A DNA stretch of 64,000 nt from the NCBI GenBank assembly GCA_047601445.1, contig JASGJH010000001.1:7264001-7328000 (forward strand). The letters run 5' to 3'. The translations under genes and the position numbers were made by a program. The notes beneath the pieces are model-generated. The model ran no database searches and was not told the DNA's origin. It saw only the letters and a list, made by a program, of their open reading frames with translations. The DNA comes from Myxococcales bacterium (lineage in GTDB: Bacteria > Myxococcota_A > Polyangia > Polyangiales > DASUME01). Below are positions 49,660 through 58,306 of this stretch, one piece after another (position 1 is the stretch's first letter; the number at the start of each line of letters is the position of its first letter).

Positions 49660-50904
49660 TCACACCGCTCGAAACACGAGGCTTACGTTGTGGCCGCCAA
49701 ATGCGAAGCTGTTCGACATCGCGATGCCGAGCCTGCGCGGTCGCGCTTCGAAGGGGACGAGGTCGAAGCCGACCGATGGGTCGGGACGTTCCAGGTTGAT
49801 GGTTGGCGGCACCACGCCGCGTCGCAAGGCCAGCAACGAAACCACGGCCTCGAACGCACCTGCGGCTCCAAGCATGTGACCAGACATGCTCTTGGTGGCA
49901 CTTACCCAGAGTCCGTCGGCGGCTCCGAACACCGAGCGAATCGCAAGCGACTCCATCGTGTCGTTGGCGGACGTCCCCGTGCCGTGGGCATTCAGGTAGT
50001 CGACGCTTTCAGGCGAGACCTCGGCTTCCCGCAGGGCTGCACGCATGGCACGTTGCGCTCCGACACCGTCCTCGCGTGGACGCGCGACATGATATGCGTC
50101 GCAGCTGGATCCGTAGCCGGCGAGTTCACCCAGGACCGGCGCGCCACGTGCCTGTGCCGTTGTGAAGCGCTCGAGCACGAGAGCCGCTGCCCCTTCGGCC
50201 ATCACGAAGCCGTCGCGCGCAGCATCGAATGGACGGCTGGCCTCGCGAGGCGATTCGTTGCGGCGCGAAAGCGCCTGCATTCTCGTGAAGGCCGAGATCG
50301 CGGAGGGCACCAGCACGGCCTCGGTGCCGCCCACGATCATGGCATCGGCGCGACCGAGCCGGAGCACGCCGGCCCCTTCGCCGACCGCATGCGCGCCACT
50401 GGCACAAGCCGTCGCGATGCAGTGATTGGGCCCCATCGCTCCGAACATCTCAGCGATCGTGGCGGAAGGGATGTTCGGGATCGCCGCTGGCAGTCCAAAC
50501 GGCGAGACTTTCGATGGACCACGCGTGCGAACGGTATCGACCACCTCGGCGATGGCCTCGAGACCTCCCATGCCCGTGCCGAACAGGACTCCAATTCGCT
50601 CTGGCTCGTAGCCGGCATCGCCAAGACCTGCCGAACGCACCGCTTCTTGCGCGGCGGCCAGGGCAAAGTGCGTGCAACGCGCATGTCGTTTCGAGTACCT
50701 CTTTCCAAGTACGCTCAGCGAGTCGAAATGTCGTACCTGGCCGCCGATGCGAACATCGTACTCGCTGCCTAGCGCCGGCTCCAAAGCGGCGATGCCACTC
50801 TCGGCGCGCAGCAACGCATCGAAGGAGGTTGGTGCCGACAACCCCATCGGTGAAATCACTCCGACGCCAGTGACGACGATGCGTTCTTGTCGCGAGCGTT
50901 CCAT
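49660..50904 (-). CDS. fabF: Beta-ketoacyl-ACP synthase II
   Basis: TACASG, SRPFD..RDGFV, NAHGTGT, KSMSGHMLGAAG and NSFAFGGHN. Confidence 0.93.
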   Translation of the reverse strand: MERSRQERIVVTGVGVISPMGLSAPTSFDALLRAESGIAALEPALGSEYDVRIGGQVRHFDSLSVLGKRYSKRHARCTHFALAAAQEAVRSAGLGDAGYEPERIGVLFGTGMGGLEAIAEVVDTVRTRGPSKVSPFGLPAAIPNIPSATIAEMFGAMGPNHCIATACASGAHAVGEGAGVLRLGRADAMIVGGTEAVLVPSAISAFTRMQALSRRNESPREASRPFDAARDGFVMAEGAAALVLERFTTAQARGAPVLGELAGYGSSCDAYHVARPREDGVGAQRAMRAALREAEVSPESVDYLNAHGTGTSANDTMESLAIRSVFGAADGLWVSATKSMSGHMLGAAGAFEAVVSLLALRRGVVPPTINLERPDPSVGFDLVPFEARPRRLGIAMSNSFAFGGHNVSLVFRAV

Positions 50905-51011
50905 GGATGTCACGGCTTGCCCGATGCCGTCACAATCCTTCAATGTTTTTTTCGAGCGACACGCGTAAAGCAAATAGGACGGCATTCGATTCCATGACGC
51001 AGGGCGACCCC

Positions 51012-51347
51012 TTACTCCGGAGTCTGCAACTGGAGGAGCACGACTCCGACGGCGATAGCAAAGAGCCCCAATGCCTTGCTCCAACTCATGCTCTCCCCAA
51101 ATGCGATGACGCCCAGAGCCGATGCCAGCGCGATCCCGATGCCGCTCCACAGCGCGTAGACGACGCCCACATCGAGTTGCTGGATCACCTTCTCGAGCAG
51201 CCACAGCGCTGCGCCGTAGCCTCCGATGACGCCCAGCCATGCCCATGGCCGGGACGACCCGCTCGCTAGTTTCAGGAAGGTGGTCCCGAGCAGTTCTCCG
51301 ACGATTGCTGCAGCGAGCGTGAGCCAGGCCTGAAGGTTGTTCGGCAT
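51012..51347 (-). CDS. SMR family efflux transporter (QacE/EmrE-like)
   Basis: 4 TM helices; AIVGELLGT (conserved Glu), YALWSGIG, FGE. Confidence 0.9.
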   Translation of the reverse strand: MPNNLQAWLTLAAAIVGELLGTTFLKLASGSSRPWAWLGVIGGYGAALWLLEKVIQQLDVGVVYALWSGIGIALASALGVIAFGESMSWSKALGLFAIAVGVVLLQLQTPE

Positions 51348-51596
51348 CGTGAATCGTTGCGGTCTCCTGAGCTATCCATTTCCAGGACACGAGCGAAACC
51401 TTCAAACAATCGTAGGCACGGCACGGAATTCACGATAACCGCCCATCTCTGGCAGGGCACGGCCGGGTGAGGTTCGATATTGTGCAAGCGCCTCCCAAGG
51501 ATGGCGCCACGCGGAGCCATCGCATCAGGCGTCGTGCCGGCTTAAGCTGACAGGTGCACGCCTCGCAAGGCTGCGATGCACCTAGGGAGATGCTGC

Positions 51597-53084
51597 ATGT
51601 CCATTCGCTCGCCCTTCGGACGTCGCGATTTTCTTGCAGTGACGTCCGCGGTGCTAGGCACGACCATGATCGCCGGCTGCGCAGGGGGCGTTCCACCCAC
51701 GGTCGGAGCACTCAATGGCACCCTGTCGTTGAGCGGTCATCTGGGGGAGATCCCCCCTCCTGCGCGTGGTGACCCGAACCGCGTGCTCGTCGTAGGCGCT
51801 GGGATCGCTGGACTGGCGGCAGCCAACGCCTTGCATACGGCCGGCGTCGACGTCTTGGTTCTCGAGGGACGCGAGCGGGTGGGCGGTCGCTTGCACACCG
51901 TGACCGTGGGCGGCGTCCGTGTGGACGCTGGCGGTTCATGGATCCATCACGCGAAGAACAATTGCCTTACTCAGGTCGCAGATTCGGCGGGCGTCCCACG
52001 TCGCGATCACAGCATCGATCGACTGATGCGACACGGGGCGCTTTGCGGCCCGCGCGGCGAATGGCTGCACAAGCTCGAGACGCTGCTTCTACTCGCCAAG
52101 ACCGTCGGGTTCGACGTTGCTGCAGCTCGAGCGGCCCACGACGTGGAACTCGGGAAATCCGTCTCCGACGTCGTGACCCAGTATGTAGACTCGGCCGTCA
52201 GCGACCTCAACTACCGCCGGGATTTGACCTTCTTGCTTACTCGTGTGGCCGAGACGGTCAACGCGGCGTCGACGTCCAGTCTCGGCACGGGAAACTACGA
52301 ACCGACCTACGCAGAAGTGGGTGGAGACGACGTCCCGGTCGGTGGCTACAGCGCGATTACCCGCCGCCTTGCAGGCTGGCTTCCGGTGCGTCTCGGAGCC
52401 AAGGTGCAGGCAATCTGCTGCGACGAACGCGGCGCGTCGGTGCTGCTCTCGAACGGTCGCGTCGAGCGTGGTTCCCATGTCATCGTGACCGTCCCGGTCG
52501 GCGTGCTGCAGGCGGGCACGATCGCTTTCCATTCGCCCTGGCCCGAGGCGAAGCGGGCCGCCCTGCGTGCGTTCAATCCGGGACGATTCGAGAAGGTCAT
52601 CCTGCGCTACGACCAACGTTGGTGGAGGGAGCGCGGCACCGGCTTCTTGTTGGAGAGCGCCCGGAGCACGGGACTCGATACATGGCTCGACTTCAGCGAG
52701 CCCGCTGGCGCACCGACGCTGGTCGCACTGTGCGGTGGCTCGGCCGCGGATGCGCTGCTCGAATTGGGCTCTTTCGAACGAGTCGTCGGTGCTGCCGCAG
52801 ATGTCCTTGGGAGTAAGGTCCACCCGCGGCTGAGTACGCCCAGTGCCTGGCATGTCACGAACTGGCGCAACGACCCGTGGGTCAGGGGAGCGTACGCATC
52901 GCTTCGACCGGGTGCATCGTTCGCAGTTGCCGACCAGCTCGCGGAGCCACTTTGGGGGCGCATTCTCTTTGCCGGCGAGGCGACCTCAAGCACATTGCTC
53001 GGCTATGCGGACGGAGCGCTGCTTTCGGGGCTACGCGAAGCACAGCGTCTCCTCCAGCAGAAATACGTCGAACTACTCATCTAG
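51597..53084 (+). CDS. Flavin monoamine/polyamine oxidase family, Tat-exported lipoprotein
   Basis: GRRDFL twin-Arg plus IAGC lipobox; VGAGIAGL, RVGGR, GGSWIH, RGAY, FAGEAT, GALLSG.REA. Confidence 0.9.
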   Translation: MSIRSPFGRRDFLAVTSAVLGTTMIAGCAGGVPPTVGALNGTLSLSGHLGEIPPPARGDPNRVLVVGAGIAGLAAANALHTAGVDVLVLEGRERVGGRLHTVTVGGVRVDAGGSWIHHAKNNCLTQVADSAGVPRRDHSIDRLMRHGALCGPRGEWLHKLETLLLLAKTVGFDVAAARAAHDVELGKSVSDVVTQYVDSAVSDLNYRRDLTFLLTRVAETVNAASTSSLGTGNYEPTYAEVGGDDVPVGGYSAITRRLAGWLPVRLGAKVQAICCDERGASVLLSNGRVERGSHVIVTVPVGVLQAGTIAFHSPWPEAKRAALRAFNPGRFEKVILRYDQRWWRERGTGFLLESARSTGLDTWLDFSEPAGAPTLVALCGGSAADALLELGSFERVVGAAADVLGSKVHPRLSTPSAWHVTNWRNDPWVRGAYASLRPGASFAVADQLAEPLWGRILFAGEATSSTLLGYADGALLSGLREAQRLLQQKYVELLI

Positions 53085-53138
53085 CCGTAGGGCCACGTAT
53101 CGCGGAGGATCGGTCCTGCGTGCACGCTCGGAAGTGTC

Positions 53139-53930
53139 TCAGAACGTAAGACGAGCCGTCACTCGATCGATGCCTACTCGCAGCGACAGGCGTCGCTGGG
53201 CCGAGGCCACTGACGGTGGGGCGAACGAGCCCGGACCGTTCGTAGGCTGCATGGCCCACGGGCGTTCGCGGTAGTTATCTACCGACTGCGTGGGCTGCGT
53301 CCAGATCGCGATCTCCGTGACGGCCAGGTTCCACACCACCTCGAGGCTCGCCTGCAGCCAAACCTGGCGATTGTGGTGCGTGCCGCCCTCTCCAAAGTCG
53401 TAGTTTCGTAGGAATATGTAGATGCCCGTGGACAGTGCCCACGCGCCATCGAGAAGGTGCTCGACCACACTCCGCCCCTCCTCCTCGTCTTCCGCCGCCC
53501 GCTTGAGCAGGTGTTCTGCCTTGGCGAGTGCCCTGGCTCGCTCCTCGGGGGTGCGACGAGGCATGCGCGAAATCCGTCGCGAAGCAAAAGCTGGAACCAT
53601 GGGAAAAATGGACAGCTGGCCGATCCAGAGAACTCCTCCGATCCAGGAAGTGAGCCACACGTCTCGCTCGAGTCGGGTGTTCGCGCGCGCGTAGTAGACA
53701 GCACTGACGGTCGTATCCACGGCTGCCGCCGCGAACCAGCCGTACCACCAGATCTGAGCGTGCAGCCGCTCGCGGGCAAACGCCCCTTCGATCCAGAGCA
53801 GACGCGCGCGCACTTGCGCGTCGTCCAGCGCGGGAGCCTGCGCGGTCTCCGCAGCCGCACTGCTCACGACGAGCTGCACCATCAAGACCAGGCTAGACAG
53901 CCTTAGAGACCGCCATCCCTGCGAACGCAT
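53139..53930 (-). CDS. Hypothetical exported/membrane protein
   Basis: Signal peptide; WWYGW and IWTQPT motifs; several hydrophobic segments. Confidence 0.7.
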   Translation of the reverse strand: MRSQGWRSLRLSSLVLMVQLVVSSAAAETAQAPALDDAQVRARLLWIEGAFARERLHAQIWWYGWFAAAAVDTTVSAVYYARANTRLERDVWLTSWIGGVLWIGQLSIFPMVPAFASRRISRMPRRTPEERARALAKAEHLLKRAAEDEEEGRSVVEHLLDGAWALSTGIYIFLRNYDFGEGGTHHNRQVWLQASLEVVWNLAVTEIAIWTQPTQSVDNYRERPWAMQPTNGPGSFAPPSVASAQRRLSLRVGIDRVTARLTF

Positions 53931-54168
53931 GCTCTTCGAATTCTCTCCCGGCGGCCGAATCACGGCGATTCCAGCCCAAGATTTCCCGCGGCGATGCAAA
54001 GCCTTCATGGAAAGTGAGAGCGCGCCGATTCCGAGGAGTCTTCGGTTCTACGTCATGGCCGAGGTACCCAGCCTTGGAGCGTGCACAGGATTTCTCAAGA
54101 GAGCCGCATTTGCTTTGAAGCGACAGGGCTCCACGAGGAGAGAAGGGAGCAAGGAGCGTGTCGCTCGC

Positions 54169-54474
54169 ATGAGCTTTCGTGCGCTTTGGTTGTCATCAAC
54201 GGTGCTGATCTTGCTCTGGCAAGCACAGCTGGTCGGAGACTGGCGAGTCGACGACGCCTACATCACGTTCGCGTACTCCAAGAATCTCGCGCTTGGCCAG
54301 GGGCCTGTCTTCGGCCATGACCTGCGCGTCGAGGGCTACACCAACTTCCTTTGGATGATCCTTCAGGCGGTGCTGAACCGCGCACACGACCGGGCGCTGT
54401 TCTTTTTGGAGAAGCGTAGAAGTGGCGTCTCGCTGACGAAGCGCACGAGCCGCCGGGGCTTCAGCGTGGACTAG
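54169..54474 (+). pseudogene. N-terminal fragment of a GT-C-type membrane glycosyltransferase
   Basis: DDAYITFAYSKNLALGQGPVF...RVEGYTNFLW is an N-terminal motif of much longer proteins; ends at 101 aa with no continuation seen. Confidence 0.7.
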
Positions 54475-54769
54475 CCGTTTGAAGCGGACCCGACTGCTAC
54501 CGGGCCAAGCATCCATTGAGGATCGTCGAGCCCAGTCGGAGATCGGCTTGCCGAAACGGCCACCGTTCGAGGCCTCACCCACAGAACCGCCCTGCTGCAC
54601 ATTTTCACTCGGAACGCCTGGGCTCCTGCGGCATTCGAAGCGTCAGAGCGATCCCTGAACTGAAGAAAGCTCGTTTTCGCACGCCAACGATCACGGAATC
54701 CTGCTCGTGCTGCCATGTGTCAGTGAGCGTTCGATTGGACGCTCAGCTTCCACGCGACGGAGCGGAATC

Positions 54770-55373
54770 ATGCACGGTTGGCAGAACAAGAATGTACTGG
54801 GTCTGGGGATGGGGCTCCTGTTGGGAAGCCTTGGCGCGTGCGGTGACACGCCTCGCACTGGAGCTGGGCTGGGCGGCTACGGGGACCTCGATGGATCGTT
54901 CGATCCGGGGGACAACGGGGACGGTGATGGCGACGGAGATGGCGACGGGAACGGAGATGGAGATGGTGACGGCGACGCAGTCACGGGCTCCCATGCTCGC
55001 GACGGCGGCACGGCCAGTTGCGACGATCCGAACGGCACCGAATCTCGAGGGTTGCACCTGCAGCACCAAGGGGAAGACACGCGCCTGCTACACCGGACCC
55101 GCAGACACCCGCAACGTGGGGGCCTGCAAGGACGGCGTTCAGACGTGCACAGCCGACGGAAACGGCGAGTTCGTGTCCTTGGTCTACTCCGCCTGCAGTG
55201 GAGAAACGTTGCCGAGCGGAGATAGCTGCTCGGTGAAGCAGCCCGAGAATCCATGTCAGCAAGTGCAGGGCCAGAACGGCAACACGACTGTCAACGGAGT
55301 CATGTACTGTGAAGGCGACACGGTGAATCTGTTTGGCGACGGCGGCATTTTTGGCGGAATCTTCGGTCCTTGA
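54770..55373 (+). CDS. Cys/Asp-rich lipoprotein with +1 frameshift at about 55039
   Basis: Lipobox LGAC, GD run and CDDPNGT in one frame; NLEGCTC..CYTGP..VGACKDGVQTC in the next; 604 nt = 3n+1. Confidence 0.75.
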
Positions 55374-55771
55374 ACGACGCTTCTACCAAGCTCGTGCTGA
55401 CGTTTCTCCTCCTGCAGCTGGCGTTGCCGGCGATCGTGCTAAGCAGGAACGGTGTGACGGGGCACGATTTCTCCTGGGACATGTTCAGTCATCACCTCAG
55501 CTGTGCTCAGGTCGAGGCATACGGCAGCATGCCGTCTGGGGCTCGCTTCGAGGTAACACTCGGCAACGATTTTCCCAACTGGGCGCAGCTGAGCCGCGTT
55601 TTGACCCCCGAGCGCTTCGCGCAGTACGCGACGACCTGGCTATGTCCACGACTTCGCGAGCGCCACGGCAGTCCGGTCGCCTTGCACGTGGCGACGCGCT
55701 GCCGTGAACAGCGGAAAGGCCCCTGGTTCGCGCTGCTGGACGAGCGGCGCGACTTCTGCGGCGCGCAGTGA
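55370..55771 (+). CDS. Stand-alone second half of a vitamin-K-dependent carboxylase-like enzyme
   Basis: FLLLQLALP, FSWDMFSH and QYATTWL resemble GGCX YLLEQLFLP, YSWDMMVH and QYATCL (from memory); TTGA overlap with upstream stop. Confidence 0.7.
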   Translation: MNDASTKLVLTFLLLQLALPAIVLSRNGVTGHDFSWDMFSHHLSCAQVEAYGSMPSGARFEVTLGNDFPNWAQLSRVLTPERFAQYATTWLCPRLRERHGSPVALHVATRCREQRKGPWFALLDERRDFCGAQ

Positions 55772-56709
55772 CGCCAGCTTGCGGGGCGTCGTGGCTGGCT
55801 AGGCTACGGGTTCGCGGCCCGCTGTGGCCCCTGGCGCTTTTTCGCATAGGGTTCGGACTGGCACTCCTCGTGCAGACGCTCGTCGAAGCCGGACGTCACG
55901 CTGCCTACGCGCCCGAGCGCTTCCACTTGCCCTTGGTCCCGTTGCTTGCGGCGCCAAGCGCGCCGGTGTTCGCCATGCTGATCCGCCTGGCATTGCTCTC
56001 TGCGATCGCCACCATCCTGGGCGCGGGCAGTCGCATCGCGGTGGTGGTGTTGACCCTGGTGCATGGATATTTGTTTGCGGTGGACAGCCTGCTGTTCCGC
56101 AATCACGTGTACGCCGCGCTGCTGTTGGGAGGACTGCTGGCGCTGTCCCCGTGTGGTCAGGTGCTGTCTTTCGATGCTCTGATGCGCCGAATGCGCCGGC
56201 GGCCACCTCGACCGCGCGAAGGCAGCCTCGTCGTCGCCCAGCTGATCAAGGGACAGGTGTGGATCATCTACCTGTGGTCAGCCCTCAACAAACTGCGTCC
56301 TTCGTTCCTGGACGGCTGGGTCTTCCAACAAGAACTGCCGGCCTTGCTTCGCGAAGGGCTGCTCGCGCGTTGGCTGAACGATCGAGGAACCTCGGCCATG
56401 TGGGTCATCCTCGACGACGACGCACGAACAGCGGCGCTCGCGTGGAGCGTTCTCCTCGTCGAGCTGTTTATCGCGGTAGGGATCATGCATCGACGCCTGC
56501 GGCCGTGGGCTTGTGCCTGTGGCCTGACGCTTCACGTGGGAATTTTTCTGTCCATGAACGTGTTCACGTTCGGGTGTCTCCTCGTCGCAAGTTACCCGCT
56601 GTTTCTGGCATCGCCGCGCAGCCCGCCGCTCACGGCGTGCACAGCGAAGGCACGAGCAGACAGCACCAGGGCTCCAGTCCCTGCTCTTCCCACGGTTCCG
56701 CGTCCGTAG
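55768..56709 (+). CDS. HTTM-domain (vitamin-K-dependent gamma-carboxylase N-terminal-like) membrane protein
   Basis: LALFRIGFG, RNHVY, LSFD, GQVWIIYLWSALNKL and LH...F motifs; GTGA overlap. Confidence 0.88.
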   Translation: MTPACGASWLARLRVRGPLWPLALFRIGFGLALLVQTLVEAGRHAAYAPERFHLPLVPLLAAPSAPVFAMLIRLALLSAIATILGAGSRIAVVVLTLVHGYLFAVDSLLFRNHVYAALLLGGLLALSPCGQVLSFDALMRRMRRRPPRPREGSLVVAQLIKGQVWIIYLWSALNKLRPSFLDGWVFQQELPALLREGLLARWLNDRGTSAMWVILDDDARTAALAWSVLLVELFIAVGIMHRRLRPWACACGLTLHVGIFLSMNVFTFGCLLVASYPLFLASPRSPPLTACTAKARADSTRAPVPALPTVPRP

Positions 56710-57004
56710 CACCGAGACCCGCGTCGCGTGTGCATTCCTCGAGCAGCTCTCCGAGGGCAGCATCGGGCATTCCGGGAATCTCCGCGTCCGCCAGGGGGCC
56801 GGCATCAGGGGTCGTAGCCACGTGCCCTCGTGCAGCGTCGCGTGGGTCGACGGCGCCATCGTCGGCCATGTCAGCGTCGTAGTCTCCGGCATCAAGCGAG
56901 AGGGCCTCGCCGGAGTCCGGCCGAAGGTCACTCCCGAGCTTGCCTTCTCGCGTGCTTGCACACCCCACCACGAGCAGAAGACAGGCTCCAAGCGCTCGCT
57001 TCAT
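56630..57004 (-). CDS. Small acidic lipoprotein
   Basis: MKR plus hydrophobic stretch and VVGC lipobox; ATGA overlap with upstream anti-sigma gene; 3' end overlaps the HTTM gene by 80 nt. Confidence 0.65.
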   Translation of the reverse strand: MKRALGACLLLVVGCASTREGKLGSDLRPDSGEALSLDAGDYDADMADDGAVDPRDAARGHVATTPDAGPLADAEIPGMPDAALGELLEECTRDAGLGATDAEPWEEQGLEPWCCLLVPSLCTP

Positions 57005-57723
57005 CGCGTCTCACCGAGCGAGCAGGCTTGACGAATTCGAGGCCCGAACAAGTTTTGGGGAAAGCGGCTCAGAAACGCAGCGGCTTCCGGGTGCGCGCGT
57101 GACGGGGCTTCGGTGCACCGCAGCAGGAGCGCAAGGCCTTGCTGTTCGGGGCCTAGGCCACCGCGCGGGAAGCGGGCACGACACTCGGCAAGCAAACGAT
57201 GCGCGCGCTCTAGATCATGCTGAGCGATGGCGATCGAAGCGTCCTGTAGCAGACGGACCTCCGCCCGTGAGTCAGACGGGTGCGCGGCTGCGCGCTGGGC
57301 TGGTCGCACCGCGACCCGGTCGTCGTGTGGAGGCTGAGTCACGGGGACGGCGGAGACCACAGGCGTGCCGGCTCTCGGCGAGAGTCCCGGGGTCACCACA
57401 GGCGCGCTCGAGACGACGGGAGGCTCGAGAGTCGGCGAGGAAACCAGGGGCGGGCCGCCGGGAAGTGCGACGTAGACTCCCGCGGCGACCAAATTCGCGA
57501 GGACCATGGCTGACAGCCACTTTAGCGCAGCGCTGGCGAACCATGGAGCGCTCGAAGCGATCGGGCCGGGCTCCGACGCCAATCCCGGCGGGGGTGCTTC
57601 GAGCGTCGCGGCTGCGGTGAGTACGGCGAGCCGAACGCGCTCCCTCACGTCAGGACCAGGCAGATCGTGCGCTTTTTTGGCCAGTTCGAGGAAGGCCCGG
57701 TGGCGGGTGGGAAGCTCATTCAT
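57001..57723 (-). CDS. Putative anti-sigma factor (TM, Pro-rich linker, TPR-like C-terminus)
   Basis: AEVRLL..A, RFPRGGL.PE and FL.RFP motifs; coupled to the ECF sigma gene. Confidence 0.75.
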   Translation of the reverse strand: MNELPTRHRAFLELAKKAHDLPGPDVRERVRLAVLTAAATLEAPPPGLASEPGPIASSAPWFASAALKWLSAMVLANLVAAGVYVALPGGPPLVSSPTLEPPVVSSAPVVTPGLSPRAGTPVVSAVPVTQPPHDDRVAVRPAQRAAAHPSDSRAEVRLLQDASIAIAQHDLERAHRLLAECRARFPRGGLGPEQQGLALLLRCTEAPSRAHPEAAAFLSRFPQNLFGPRIRQACSLGETR

Positions 57724-58270
57724 GCGACCATCCCCTGCTACGCATAAACTCCTCGAATCGGCTGCGCGCCGCGCGAATGCGGGCATAGACGGTGTTCACA
57801 TTGGTGGAGATCAGCACGCCAATTTCGGGAGCGCTCAGCCCTTCGAGGTCCGCCAGCACGAAGGCGACCCGCTTGTCCTCGTCCAGCTCGTCGAGAAAAG
57901 TCTCGAGCATCGCCGCTGCCTGGGCCTCCGCCGTGCGCTGACAGGCGTCGGGCGCGTCGGACACCGCGTGTTCAGTGTCGAGCTCCCCGGCAGATCGGTG
58001 CGCCTTACGTCGGTAGTCTTTGGCCACCCGCAGTGCGATCGCAAACAGAAAGCCCTTGGCCGATGCCTCCGGCCTGAGCTCGGCCCACTTTCTATGCAGG
58101 ATGACGAAGCTATCTTGCGCCGCGTCCTCGGCCACGCTCGCAGCGACTCCAAAGCGACGCAGGGTGCGCCAGACGAAGTCGAAATGCTCGCGGTAGAGCT
58201 CGTCGAACGTGAGGGGCGCGTGCAGCACGTCCTCGTTCCGGGCCTCGAGCCTTTGGTGGACCGAGATCAT
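57716..58270 (-). CDS. ECF RNA polymerase sigma factor
   Basis: LYREHFDFVWRTLRRFG, EDAAQD and FVLADLEGLSAPEI...NTVYARI. Confidence 0.93.
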   Translation of the reverse strand: MISVHQRLEARNEDVLHAPLTFDELYREHFDFVWRTLRRFGVAASVAEDAAQDSFVILHRKWAELRPEASAKGFLFAIALRVAKDYRRKAHRSAGELDTEHAVSDAPDACQRTAEAQAAAMLETFLDELDEDKRVAFVLADLEGLSAPEIGVLISTNVNTVYARIRAARSRFEEFMRSRGWSHE

Positions 58271-58306
58271 TCCCTGCTACATGGCAGCAGCCGGCCGAAT
58301 CCGTGA

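Noticed and set aside
51348..51550. Guanidine riboswitch upstream of the SMR gene
   Set aside because: No paired ACGR-loop hairpins or ykkC consensus visible; the protein looks Qac-like rather than Gdx-like
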